A DNA stretch of 64,000 nt from an uncultured archaeon (lineage in GTDB: Archaea; Altiarchaeota; Altiarchaeia; JAFGQM01). How positions within the stretch are numbered: position 1 is the first letter of the stretch; each line of letters starts with the position of its first letter. Below the pieces are notes generated by a model. It saw only the letters and a list, made by a program, of their open reading frames with translations. It did no database searches and was not told where the DNA came from. The position numbers and the translations under genes were made by a program. The DNA is taken from assembly GCA_964592405.1 (NCBI GenBank), contig CAZQBY010000005.1, positions 13,306 to 77,305 on the forward strand, given 5' to 3'. Positions 10,067-19,520 of this stretch are shown here, piece after piece.

Positions 10067-10803
10067 TCTTGCAGTTTCCTTGCAATTGTTATGAAACCCG
10101 TATGCCCTATCATGCGCGTCTTTGGCCTGCATCGTTGCCTGCCAACCTCCCAGTCGCGCACCAGAACCTCAATGGTTCTGACATCCTGAAACTGTCGGGG
10201 CAATTGGGTGACAAGCCGCTTGACCTGTTCGATGGAGGGTGAGTAAGAAGCCAGATATCCTCCAAATTTCAGCGCACGCAGGGCATGGGCCGATGCCCTC
10301 CATGGCTCTGGGAGATCCAAAATTACCGCATCTACTCCTTTCTCGTCTATACCCTCATAGACATCCCTATTTTTGAGCTCCACGACACCATCAAGCCCGG
10401 CTTCCTCCAGATGCCGGCGTGCTTCTTGCTGGTGTTCCTGTCGGATTTCATATGAATAAACCCTGCCCTCTGGTTGAACAGCATTGGCAAGCATTAGTGT
10501 CAGGCCGGCCACACCCGTCCCGGCCTCTACAACGCGGGCACCGCTGGAAAGGCCTGTGAAAGCTATTATTATAGCCGCATCTTTTGGGTAGATTATCTGG
10601 GCCCTTTTTGGCATTTTTTCTATAAAGTCGGTTATTGATGGTTCGGTTATAAAGAAGGTTCTGCCCTTATGTGTCCTGATCATCCCACTATAGTTAATCT
10701 TCTCAAGGTCTGCCAGTTTGATGACCCCCCCATGGGTATGCAACTCCTTACCCTTTTCAACCAGCTGGCGTTTTCCCTTTTTGTCTATCAGAAGCCTTCT
10801 CAT
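10063..10803 (-). CDS. trmI: tRNA (adenine-N1) methyltransferase TrmI (GCD14 family)
   Basis: 246 aa; SAM-MTase GxGxG (VEAGTGVAGLTL), GCD14-like layout. Confidence 0.75.
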   Translation of the reverse strand: MRRLLIDKKGKRQLVEKGKELHTHGGVIKLADLEKINYSGMIRTHKGRTFFITEPSITDFIEKMPKRAQIIYPKDAAIIIAFTGLSSGARVVEAGTGVAGLTLMLANAVQPEGRVYSYEIRQEHQQEARRHLEEAGLDGVVELKNRDVYEGIDEKGVDAVILDLPEPWRASAHALRALKFGGYLASYSPSIEQVKRLVTQLPRQFQDVRTIEVLVRDWEVGRQRCRPKTRMIGHTGFITIARKLQE

Positions 10804-10815
10804 TCTGCATGTCTG

Positions 10816-11235
10816 CTACCACCTCTTCTCAACTCCAAGTTCTTTGTCGATCTCGGCGGCTATCCTGCGCATTCTCTCGAATATCCTCTGTGAGTCGCGC
10901 ATCATATCCTCAATGGTCTCTTCAAGACTTGGCTGCCGTAGGGCATACCTGCGCCCGGATATGCGCGCAATAAGGCCGGAACTGTGGAATTTTTTTAGGT
11001 GGAATAGAACCGTGCCGCGTGTAAGATTGAGCTTCCTTGCAATCTCTGTAGATGTTTTTGGCTCGCCGCTTATGGATGCCTCCACCAGTGTTTTGAAAAC
11101 TTTATATGTGGACTTGTCTTCATCTTTCTTGGTAAATAGGTTGAGAGAACGGCATAACCATTCGATATCATCCTCTTCACGTGCCTTGGGTGGTGGTTGT
11201 AGATCTTGAAGATATATTCTTCTTTTACTCTCCAT
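10816..11235 (-). CDS. Winged-helix transcriptional regulator. Candidate heat-shock regulator (Phr/HSR1-like) by context.
   Basis: 139 aa, central HTH (STEIARKLNLTRGTVLFHLKKFHSSGLIARI), divergent from hsp20-cdc48. Confidence 0.55.
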   Translation of the reverse strand: MESKRRIYLQDLQPPPKAREEDDIEWLCRSLNLFTKKDEDKSTYKVFKTLVEASISGEPKTSTEIARKLNLTRGTVLFHLKKFHSSGLIARISGRRYALRQPSLEETIEDMMRDSQRIFERMRRIAAEIDKELGVEKRW

Positions 11236-11299
11236 TCTTTGGCCGAAATGTTTTTATAGATAGTACTTCAAAAGTTAATAGTTTATTGTTTTTGTATTA

Positions 11300-11337
11300 A
11301 TTAGTATTGTTTAATTATAGGGTTTAATTATAAAAAT
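11300..11337. promoter_or_regulatory. hsp20 promoter with a tandem TTTAATTATA direct repeat (TATA box plus a putative regulator site)
   Basis: gtTTAATTATAgggTTTAATTATAaaaatg lies immediately upstream of the hsp20 start, divergent from the wHTH regulator gene. Confidence 0.45.
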
Positions 11338-11904
11338 GTGATTAGAATGGTTTTCAGAAGAAAGAAAGATGATAAGGAAGATCCGTTTGATGATGTATTT
11401 AGGCGACCCTTTGATGCGGATCCGTTTGAGGACTTCTTTGGTAATTTTCGCAGGATGAATGAGATGGTCAATGAGCTCATGCGCAATATGTTCCGCGGAG
11501 CTGATATAAGGTCCGGCAAGCCGTTTGTCTATGGATTTTCAATAAAGACCGGGCCGGATGGCAAGCCGGTTATACGGGAATTTGGTAATGTAAAACCCGG
11601 TCAGATGCCAATGGTGAGTGATGCACGCGAACCGTTGGTGGATGTGATAGAGGGGGAGAAGGATATAACAGTTATAGTCGAGCTTCCGGGGGTAGAGAAG
11701 AAGGACATCAATCTTGAGGTTGTTGGTGGTGCTTTGGAGATTAAGGTGGACACCCCCCAGAAGAAGTATTATAAGTCCGTCCAGCTCCCGGACGAGGTGA
11801 TTGAGGATACCGCAAATGCTACTTACAACAATGGGGTGTTGGAAGTCAAACTAAGGCGCAAGACAGTGAAAAAGGAAAGAGGAAAAAGAATTAAGATAAA
11901 GTGA
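11338..11904 (+). CDS. hsp20: Small heat shock protein Hsp20 / alpha-crystallin. Start is a GTG at 11338, or more likely the ATG at 11347.
   Basis: ACD signature ...ITVIVELPGVEKKDINLEV...ATYNNGVLEVKL. Confidence 0.85.
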   Translation: MIRMVFRRKKDDKEDPFDDVFRRPFDADPFEDFFGNFRRMNEMVNELMRNMFRGADIRSGKPFVYGFSIKTGPDGKPVIREFGNVKPGQMPMVSDAREPLVDVIEGEKDITVIVELPGVEKKDINLEVVGGALEIKVDTPQKKYYKSVQLPDEVIEDTANATYNNGVLEVKLRRKTVKKERGKRIKIK

Positions 11905-11914
11905 GGCGTGTGTG

Positions 11915-14089
11915 ATGAAACTCAAGTTAAGTGTTAGGGAAGCACCCAAGAGTGATGTGGGTAGAGGGATAGTTAGAATCAGCTCTAAAGCCATGCAGAA
12001 ACTTGGGGCAACAAGTGGTAGTATAGTCAGTATCAAAGGTAAAAAGGAGGCCGTTGGTGTAGTATGGCGGGATATTGAGGAGGAAGGGGCTGAGGATATA
12101 ATCCGTATGGATGGTATATTGAGGAGTAACGCGGGGGTTGGCTTGGACGAGGATGTTGAGGTTCAGGTGATAGGGGCCAAATATGCCAAAAAATTGGTGC
12201 TTTCACCAACACAGGCCATCCAGTATGGTTCTGGATTTGTGGAATATGTTCATGAGCGGCTCCTGAATAAGCCTTTTGTTAAGGGAAACAAAGTTCTGGT
12301 GGATGTTATGGGGACTCCGCTCATGTTTGTTGTGACATCCACTGCGCCGGGAGGGGCTGTTGTCATTTCTGAGGATACCGACGTTACAATAGCCAAGAAG
12401 GTTGCTAGTGTGAAGGAAGGTGTCCCATCCGTCAGTTATGAAGATATTGGGGGTCTAAAGGAAGAAATTGAGATTATAAGGGAGATGATAGAGGTTCCGA
12501 TGAAATACCCGCAGGTGTTTAAGAAGCTGGGGATTTCTCCGCCAAAGGGAGTCCTGTTGCACGGTCCTCCGGGAACCGGTAAGACGCTTCTGGCAAAGGC
12601 TGTGGCAAATGAAACAGATGCACATTTCATATATCTGGCAGGTCCGGAGATAATGAGCAAGTGGTATGGACAATCTGAGGAAAATCTAAGAAATGTGTTC
12701 AAGGAGGCTCAGGAGAATGCACCCAGTATAATATTCATTGATGAAATAGACGCTATAGCGCCTGCCAGAGAGGAGGTAAGTGGAGAGGTGGAAAAGCGGG
12801 TGGTATCCCAATTGCTGACATTGATGGATGGTCTGGAGGCTCGGGGTGAGGTAGTGGTCATTGCTGCAACCAACCGGCCTGATGCTGTTGATCCTGCCCT
12901 GCGCAGACCCGGACGTTTTGATAGAGAGCTGCAAATAGGTATACCAAACCGTGAAGCCAGAAAAGAAATACTCCAGATACATACCCGGGGTATGCCGCTG
13001 ACCGAGAATGTAGATTTGGAACATCTGGCAGACATCACGCATGGATATTCTGGTGCAGATCTTGAGGCTTTGGCCAAGGAGGCTGCAATGCATGCACTGA
13101 GAAAGGTGATGCCTGAGATAAAGAAGCTCAAGGAAAGTGAACTGACCAAGGACCTCCTAGATAGGCTACAGGTGACTGAAAAGGATTTTGAAGAAGCCAT
13201 GAAAAGGGTCGAACCTTCTGCCATGAGAGAGGTGTTGGTGGATATACCCAAGGTTACTTGGAAGGATGTCGGTGGTTTAAAGGAAGTCAAGGAAGAGCTC
13301 ATTGAGAGTGTTGAGTGGCCCCTGAAGTATAGCAGGGAGTTCGCAGAGGTGGGTATAAGCCCGCCAAAAGGGATTCTTTTATATGGCCCTCCGGGAACCG
13401 GTAAGACGCTTCTGGCAAAGGCTGTGGCAAATGAAAGTTCTGCTAATTTTATAGTAGTCAAGGGCCCGGAATTGTTGAATAAGTATGTTGGGGAGAGTGA
13501 GCGCAGTGTCCGGAAGGTGTTCAAGCGCGCACGGCAGGTGGCGCCGTCAATCATATTTTTTGATGAGATAGAGTCTTTGACCGGGACAAGGGGGGTACTA
13601 AGTGACAGTAGTGGAGTAAAGGAAAGTGTTGTTGCCCAATTGCTGAGTGAGATTGATGGTGTCTCTGAATTGAAGGATGTTGTTCTTATAGGGGCAACCA
13701 ACCGGCCTGATTTGATAGATCCTGCCCTACTCAGGCCGGGCCGGTTTGAGAAAGTGATATATGTTCCCATGCCGGACAGAGAGGCGCGCATGGAGATATT
13801 CAGAGTGCACACAAAGAATGTCAGGTTGCACAAGGATGTCAAACTAGATCGTTTGGTTGGCAAGACTGAAGGTTATTCGGGGGCAGATATTGAGGCAGTT
13901 GTCAGGAAGGCTGGCATGCTGGCCATACGGGATGCTATTGGTAGGAAGGGTAAAGGAAAGGGGACTAAAGTTTCCATGAAACATTTTGAGGAGGCTTTGG
14001 AGAAAGTCAAACCCAGTGTTAGTAAGGAGGAAAGTAGCAGGTATTGGAAAGGGCGAGGAGGTGCGCCTGCTGACATAAATGTGGCTTAG
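11915..14089 (+). CDS. cdc48: CDC48/VCP-like AAA+ ATPase (two AAA domains)
   Basis: Two Walker A GPPGTGKTLLAKAVANE, Walker B IIFIDEID / IIFFDEIE, SRH regions; N-terminal double-psi barrel. The ORF track begins at a GTG three nt earlier. Confidence 0.93.
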   Translation: MKLKLSVREAPKSDVGRGIVRISSKAMQKLGATSGSIVSIKGKKEAVGVVWRDIEEEGAEDIIRMDGILRSNAGVGLDEDVEVQVIGAKYAKKLVLSPTQAIQYGSGFVEYVHERLLNKPFVKGNKVLVDVMGTPLMFVVTSTAPGGAVVISEDTDVTIAKKVASVKEGVPSVSYEDIGGLKEEIEIIREMIEVPMKYPQVFKKLGISPPKGVLLHGPPGTGKTLLAKAVANETDAHFIYLAGPEIMSKWYGQSEENLRNVFKEAQENAPSIIFIDEIDAIAPAREEVSGEVEKRVVSQLLTLMDGLEARGEVVVIAATNRPDAVDPALRRPGRFDRELQIGIPNREARKEILQIHTRGMPLTENVDLEHLADITHGYSGADLEALAKEAAMHALRKVMPEIKKLKESELTKDLLDRLQVTEKDFEEAMKRVEPSAMREVLVDIPKVTWKDVGGLKEVKEELIESVEWPLKYSREFAEVGISPPKGILLYGPPGTGKTLLAKAVANESSANFIVVKGPELLNKYVGESERSVRKVFKRARQVAPSIIFFDEIESLTGTRGVLSDSSGVKESVVAQLLSEIDGVSELKDVVLIGATNRPDLIDPALLRPGRFEKVIYVPMPDREARMEIFRVHTKNVRLHKDVKLDRLVGKTEGYSGADIEAVVRKAGMLAIRDAIGRKGKGKGTKVSMKHFEEALEKVKPSVSKEESSRYWKGRGGAPADINVA

Positions 14090-15672
14090 TTCAATTTCGC
14101 CTCCACGGTTGTAAAAATCGGGCCTTTGAGCATTAATTCCTTCTTTTTTGATTGCAGATAGCGCATTACATGGTCGTCTATTTTTATATTCAGGTCCGGC
14201 GCCGTCTTAGCTATTTTGAACTGGTGGGAATATGATCTACCGGCTTTTGCAGCCTCTTCAATACCCGCTGCGAAATAATCGGAAATGGCGCGCAGGTAGG
14301 ATATTCCGGTGTTTATCCCGTTTTTCCGTATCTCCTTCACCTTTTCGTTTTCATTGAACCCTTCTTTTGGTATGCCATAAATCCCCCCTTTGTAGACATA
14401 TATCTCATTCATGGCGGCTGGTCCCAAAAGCCGGGTGTTGGCTTCATTTTCTAAGATCGCGACGGTCATATTCCGGCCAGCTATCTTCCCGGAAAAAACC
14501 TCAAAGCTGCAGGGAGACGGTGCATCTGCATTCTCGGCTGCAGTTTTCTGGATGGCTTCCGAGAGTTCTCTGCCTTTTGTTGTTGTGGGGGCGCGGTCCA
14601 CATGTATTGCACGCAGTATATCCTCGTCGGACAGCTCCATGGCTTGGTAAAACTGTGGAAACATTACCTCACGAACATCTGTGATGTTTTCTTTTATCAT
14701 AATTATTCTCTCTATGCCAAAGCCTGCATTGAAGGTTGGGTATTTGATATCATAGTTTGCCAAGGCTATGGGTGAGTACATGCCGATATCGGCTACCTCT
14801 ATTCTCCCAGAGTTGCTTCTGGCAAAAACCTCCAATTCGCTTCCATTGGTGTAATAGGTGGAGGTTGTTTGTTTTTGTTCGTATTCAAGATCCTTGAAAC
14901 CGAGAGGCCCAAGTATGCTGGCCGTTATTGCCTTCCCGGCTTCCAGCTCCATCTCTGGATCACATACGACACAGCTGGCTCCATAGTGCGCGCGCAGATG
15001 GGTAGCATCAACCCTCTGCTCCCTCCGGAATCTCAGACCTATGGAAAAGAGTTTTATGGGGAACTCCAGTCTGTCCTGTAATGCTCTGAGTGTTGGGAAC
15101 CATGCTGCAGTCATGTGACTGCGGAGAGTTGTGGTTGTCGGCTCTGCCCGCAGGTTTTTCAGTTCATCAAATAATGAGAGTATCTTGGTGGCCTGTTCTG
15201 TTTCTATGTCAAGCCTCTGTCTTATTGTTTCAACTAAATCGTCCCCCTCTATGCGACCTAGTTTATAGTCGCGGAGAACCTCCTTTAGTTTTCTGGCATG
15301 TGTGTTGTTGAAGTTGGGGGCTACTTTTCTTATTTCCAGGATTTTTGCTTCACTTAACCCAATATCCGGGCGCGGTATGCCTGCCAGATAATAGCAACGG
15401 TCCAGTATTGCAGGTGCCTCCGGACCATACTGTCTGTAAACTTCTTGCTCATCAATAAAGAGCGTGTTCTCAACCTCTCTAAACCCAAGCCGCAGGAAGA
15501 TGGAACGGATCTTATGGACGGTATTCTGGATCGGGTGTGGTTCTGGTTTGGTTGGTTTGAGTAGTTTGGTTATGAAGGCCTTGTTTGGTTTGGGTATCCA
15601 CTTCCCGGCCTTCTTCCAAGTGCCGAAGAAATCTTTTTTGGCTTCTTCCTGAATCTTTTTGGTATTATATAT
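14086..15672 (-). CDS. sepS: O-phosphoseryl-tRNA(Cys) synthetase SepRS. Start probably at MIYNTKK; the ORF track extends to 15786.
   Basis: Class II aaRS. Several segments match SepRS as I recall it from Methanocaldococcus jannaschii: GPEAPAILDRCYYLAGIPRPDIGL, LRSHMTAAWF, FSIGLRFRREQ, GFGIERIIMI, LGPAAMNEIYVYKGGIYGIP. Confidence 0.75.
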   Translation of the reverse strand: MYNTKKIQEEAKKDFFGTWKKAGKWIPKPNKAFITKLLKPTKPEPHPIQNTVHKIRSIFLRLGFREVENTLFIDEQEVYRQYGPEAPAILDRCYYLAGIPRPDIGLSEAKILEIRKVAPNFNNTHARKLKEVLRDYKLGRIEGDDLVETIRQRLDIETEQATKILSLFDELKNLRAEPTTTTLRSHMTAAWFPTLRALQDRLEFPIKLFSIGLRFRREQRVDATHLRAHYGASCVVCDPEMELEAGKAITASILGPLGFKDLEYEQKQTTSTYYTNGSELEVFARSNSGRIEVADIGMYSPIALANYDIKYPTFNAGFGIERIIMIKENITDVREVMFPQFYQAMELSDEDILRAIHVDRAPTTTKGRELSEAIQKTAAENADAPSPCSFEVFSGKIAGRNMTVAILENEANTRLLGPAAMNEIYVYKGGIYGIPKEGFNENEKVKEIRKNGINTGISYLRAISDYFAAGIEEAAKAGRSYSHQFKIAKTAPDLNIKIDDHVMRYLQSKKKELMLKGPIFTTVEAKLN

Positions 15673-15695
15673 CATCGTGAGGGGGGTCACTTCCG

Positions 15696-16724
15696 CTATT
15701 TGGGTTGAGGCTCCTGTGGGGCGCCGGGATATGGGGGTGGGGGTAGGGGCACCAGCGGTCGTTCTCTTCTGGAATTCATATACCAAAAGAGTAGAATGGC
15801 AGATATTATGGTTATGATTATCATGAGCAGGTTTCTTTCATTCAGCGCATACAGGAATGCCGCGGCTATCACAATAACAACCACCCCTTCAAAAAGCCCC
15901 CATTTGGAGCGCACCTTCTCATTTTTGGCTACTGCCCCCCTGTCCCTGCTGAATACTTCTTTGCCCTTCTTTGCAATAACATCTTTCCATTTTTTGGGGG
16001 TTTTTAGGAGTTCAATATCATCTAGTAAACGATCCATCCATGTCTTGGCCCTGAGAGGTATATCATCATAGTTGATTGGGTAACCACCACACCCATCTAT
16101 CCGGACGTTGTGGGTGCGCTTTTTGATGGTAAGCCAGAAGCGGTAGACTGGGGACCATATGAGTTCAAATCCGGCAACCGAGACATTGTCTTTGTCTGCC
16201 CGCAACGCTCCAGATATCTTCTGTTTGACAAAATGTTCCAATCTTGTTTCACTGATTTTTGGTTCCACTACCTTTGCATCGCCCCCTACCTGACCCATCT
16301 CGTCGCTTAGATCTACAAGCTCAATTGGCTCATGATCCCGAAGGTCTTGCAGGTAATCTGCCAGCGCACCGGTTACAGCATCAATAGCAACCCGCCCTCC
16401 AATTTCCTCAGAATCTATGACATTCCCATTCTCATCTCGCATAACCAGTTCACAGGTATATGTAAAGAACCAGTAGGGTTGGAACAACAGTTCCCAGCCA
16501 ATAACCTCATATTTCCTCTGATTCTTCTCCTTCATGAAATCCTTTAGAATGGAATTGGCAGTATCCTGATCTACCAAGGTGGGGAGCGTCAGGCGCCTCT
16601 TGACCTTCTTTTCTTTCTTCCCCTCTCCCTGCTCTTCAGTTCCCTTCCCATCCAGTCCGAATATGCTGTCTTCCAGATCTCTCACAAGATCATCAAAGTC
16701 AGCATTTTCATCTCCCTCCGGCAT
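15696..16724 (-). CDS. Hypothetical membrane-anchored protein with an internal duplicated domain and a proline-rich C-terminal tail
   Basis: 342 aa. Two similar segments (YEVIGWELLFQPYWFFTY / FELIWSPVYRFWLTI), a C-terminal TM helix, and the tail PLVPLPPPPYPGAPQEPQPK. Confidence 0.5.
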   Translation of the reverse strand: MPEGDENADFDDLVRDLEDSIFGLDGKGTEEQGEGKKEKKVKRRLTLPTLVDQDTANSILKDFMKEKNQRKYEVIGWELLFQPYWFFTYTCELVMRDENGNVIDSEEIGGRVAIDAVTGALADYLQDLRDHEPIELVDLSDEMGQVGGDAKVVEPKISETRLEHFVKQKISGALRADKDNVSVAGFELIWSPVYRFWLTIKKRTHNVRIDGCGGYPINYDDIPLRAKTWMDRLLDDIELLKTPKKWKDVIAKKGKEVFSRDRGAVAKNEKVRSKWGLFEGVVVIVIAAAFLYALNERNLLMIIITIISAILLFWYMNSRRERPLVPLPPPPYPGAPQEPQPK

Positions 16725-16827
16725 AATCTAATTTAGGGGGGAGAAGTTAAAAAGCCGTTTGGGGTGTTTGGATTCGCGCTACACTACCCCCAAGCACCAC
16801 AGTAGATGTGCGCGCGCCGTTCCGGGC

Positions 16828-17205
16828 CTATTCAAACTTTCTTTTTAGTATCCTAAACCCGCCGGGAACTATAAGTATCTTTGTCTCAGAAATCCGGCCC
16901 ATGTCGCCGTTTAGTTCGCTTTCGAGGTTTTTCAGGTTCCCAACGAGCTTTTTTAATGCCAGCCTGTTGGTCTGGGAAAGCGTTTCCGTGTCAAGAATTA
17001 TTACGTTTCCTTTTCTCAGCTCCCGTTCAATGTCTGCCATGACCTCTGGGGAGTTTGCGCTCAGGCTCTTGACATAGGTGTATTTGTCCTCATCAAGGAG
17101 CTCGCCCTCATGGAGGCCAATACCCTCCAGGTACTCATCTAAATCCACAACTTCATCGCTATCAGAACCCCCTTCCTCAAAACCAAGCCAGCTTTTTATT
17201 CCCAT
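16828..17205 (-). CDS. sepF: Cell division protein SepF (FtsZ membrane anchor, DUF552)
   Basis: ELRKGNVIILDTETL...DMGRISETKILIVPGGFRI matches the archaeal SepF core. Start is the second Met; the ORF track has 17256. Confidence 0.7.
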   Translation of the reverse strand: MGIKSWLGFEEGGSDSDEVVDLDEYLEGIGLHEGELLDEDKYTYVKSLSANSPEVMADIERELRKGNVIILDTETLSQTNRLALKKLVGNLKNLESELNGDMGRISETKILIVPGGFRILKRKFE

Positions 17206-17343
17206 TTTCGTCCCAGATTTAGTATTGTTGATTAGTCGGGGTTTGGAGAAAATCAACTTTCTCTTTTTTATCTTAGTCCACCCAAACTATACGATTTGTA
17301 TCATTTATCACTAAAACTATAAAAACGTTTTCTGGGTTCCACC

Positions 17344-18579
17344 ATGGCAAGAGAAAATCTGTTCTCCAAATACCCCACAAAATATAGGATATTCAGTAAC
17401 AAGGAGGCGCTATCACCACACTTCACCCCACCAAAACTGCCCTATAGGGAAAATGAAATAAAAAGTGTCGTGAATCTGATGGCCCCAGCCCTCAGAATGG
17501 AAAAGCCTGCCAACATTTTCATCTATGGTAAGACTGGTGTCGGGAAGACCATCGTTACACGTTTCGTCTCCTCGGAGCTTCTGGAGATGTGTAAAAAACA
17601 GGGCGTCCCACTCTACATTAGTTATATAAACAACAAGATACACGACAGCAAATACAGGGTTTTGGTCAAATTGCTGAAGGACCTGTGGGGGGCGAACAAA
17701 GAATACTTTGAGGAACATGGGATTCGGGTACACGATTCAGGGGCCCCGCCAACAACCATTTATGAGACTATCATAGGGTTTATTGATAATCTGGGAGCGG
17801 GGCTTATTGTGGTGCTTGATGAGGTGGATGCGGTCCGCGATCTGGACAGTCTGCTGTACACACTGACACGTGCAAACGATGATGTTAAACAAGGGTTTAT
17901 AACAATAATTGGGATATCCAACAACCTCTTCTTCAAAAAGAATATTGACCCGCGGAGCAAGTCCACACTGTGCGAGGAGGAACTGGTCTTCCCACCCTAC
18001 AACGCCAAACAACTGACAACAATTCTGAGAGACAGGGTAAAAATGGGGTTTAAAGAAGGTAAGGTTGATCCTTCGGCCATGCGCCTGATAGCCGCAATAG
18101 CATCCAAAGAGGGTGGGGACGCGCGCTATGCCCTTCGCCTCCTGCGTAAGGCAGGAGAGATCGCTGAGGCCACCAATGCCCGTCTTGTGAAGGTCAGTGA
18201 TGTTGAAGAGGCCCAAAAAGGAGTGGAGGAGGATATTGTTCTGGAAAGCCTAAGCACGCTCCCCGACCACCAACAGATTGTCCTCATGGCTCTGGCCAAT
18301 CTGGTAGAAAACGCCCAGAAAGACCTCCGTGGTGAGAAAAGAAAACAGTTTATATCAGGAGAAGTATATGATGAGTATAAAAAGACCTGCAAACAGGTGG
18401 GTGAGAAGCCAAGAAGTATGAGGTGGGTGAGAGAGTATCTGAACGATCTGGAAATGTTGGGCTTTATCTCTATGCAGTTTACCGGGAAGGGAAGTAGGGG
18501 GCAGACAAGACTTATTGAACTGGGCGAGGACCCCACAAAGATCAAACAATATATCATCAAATCCCTGAAGCTGGGCTAA
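17344..18579 (+). CDS. orc1: Orc1/Cdc6 replication initiator
   Basis: 411 aa AAA+ with Walker A YGKTGVGKT, Walker B VVLDEVD, C-terminal winged helix. Confidence 0.92.
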   Translation: MARENLFSKYPTKYRIFSNKEALSPHFTPPKLPYRENEIKSVVNLMAPALRMEKPANIFIYGKTGVGKTIVTRFVSSELLEMCKKQGVPLYISYINNKIHDSKYRVLVKLLKDLWGANKEYFEEHGIRVHDSGAPPTTIYETIIGFIDNLGAGLIVVLDEVDAVRDLDSLLYTLTRANDDVKQGFITIIGISNNLFFKKNIDPRSKSTLCEEELVFPPYNAKQLTTILRDRVKMGFKEGKVDPSAMRLIAAIASKEGGDARYALRLLRKAGEIAEATNARLVKVSDVEEAQKGVEEDIVLESLSTLPDHQQIVLMALANLVENAQKDLRGEKRKQFISGEVYDEYKKTCKQVGEKPRSMRWVREYLNDLEMLGFISMQFTGKGSRGQTRLIELGEDPTKIKQYIIKSLKLG

Positions 18580-19418
18580 CATATTCTAACATCCACCCCA
18601 TACGCGCGCAATATGTTGGCCATACCGGCAACATGTCCAATACCAACAACCACAACCAACCTGCTTTTCTTTTTGAGGAGAGATAGTATATTACTACACA
18701 TGTGAACATTCCGCTCTTCAACCAAGACTTTATAAGTAGCTGGAAAGCGCCGTTTGAGTGCCTGCATTAACTGGCTGACCGCCGTTCCTTCTTCCAGTTC
18801 TTTAACCTGCGCCCCACAACCAAATAAGGGGCCCGGCCCGGCCCCAAACCTGACTAGAACCGGCCGCAACAGCAGAAATACGAGAGCAGCAACAACATTA
18901 ACCCCCAACCACATTCTCTCCCACAGGGACATGTTTTTTAACAGGCGGTTGAGGCTGATTCGAATCGGCCGGTCTATAAGCGCAACAGACACCCCCGCCT
19001 GCTGTGCAGCCTGAATGGCTGAGAGCATTTCAATACCGGGAACAACTCCAAACATCCTACCAATTTCCCACTGTAGCCACCCCATTAAACCAACCAAACT
19101 TACCAACCCTCCTGCGCGTGGTGAATAGCGGAAGTGACCCCCCTCTTCCATTTCCTGCAGGGCAAGGAACCTTTGCCGGTCCAGCTCAACACAAACAACA
19201 TCTGGTGATACCATGTCAATAATATCCATCACCCTTCTTGCACTCTTCTGCGAGATGTGGACCGTGCCTACAAGGTATACATATTTGGCCTCATACCTTT
19301 CTCTCTTGCCCTTGTGAACCCTCCTTTTATTTGTTCCTTTAACCATTCCTGTTCCCTGCATCCCAAACCCATTACTATCACAAACAAGAAAAACTAAACC
19401 CTCGGACACCCGAGCCAT
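18576..19418 (-). CDS. TraB/GumN family protein. The N-terminus is probably shorter than the ORF call.
   Basis: YLVGTVHISQKSARRV...DVVCVELD and C-terminal GIGHVAGMANIL motifs typical of the TraB family. Confidence 0.6.
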   Translation of the reverse strand: MARVSEGLVFLVCDSNGFGMQGTGMVKGTNKRRVHKGKRERYEAKYVYLVGTVHISQKSARRVMDIIDMVSPDVVCVELDRQRFLALQEMEEGGHFRYSPRAGGLVSLVGLMGWLQWEIGRMFGVVPGIEMLSAIQAAQQAGVSVALIDRPIRISLNRLLKNMSLWERMWLGVNVVAALVFLLLRPVLVRFGAGPGPLFGCGAQVKELEEGTAVSQLMQALKRRFPATYKVLVEERNVHMCSNILSLLKKKSRLVVVVGIGHVAGMANILRAYGVDVRIC

Positions 19419-19520
19419 GTCTCAAAAAACATGCGTCAGACAACACTAAAGAGGCCGAATTGACAAAGCTTTTTATACCTTTCTTCATAAACATTAAGGA
19501 ACTTAAACCTTGGGTGAAAA

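Noticed and set aside
12709-13863. 384-aa ORF on the minus strand
   Set aside because: It lies entirely antisense inside the well-supported cdc48 gene. It is Ser/Leu-rich with no motifs, which is a typical antisense artefact.
17257-17343. Searched for origin recognition boxes (ORB / mini-ORB, ..GTTCCAGTGGAAAC.. plus G-string) around orc1/cdc6
   Set aside because: Only a weak GTTCCACC overlaps the start codon. There are no repeated ORB elements or an AT-rich DUE on either side. It is not supported as an origin from sequence alone.
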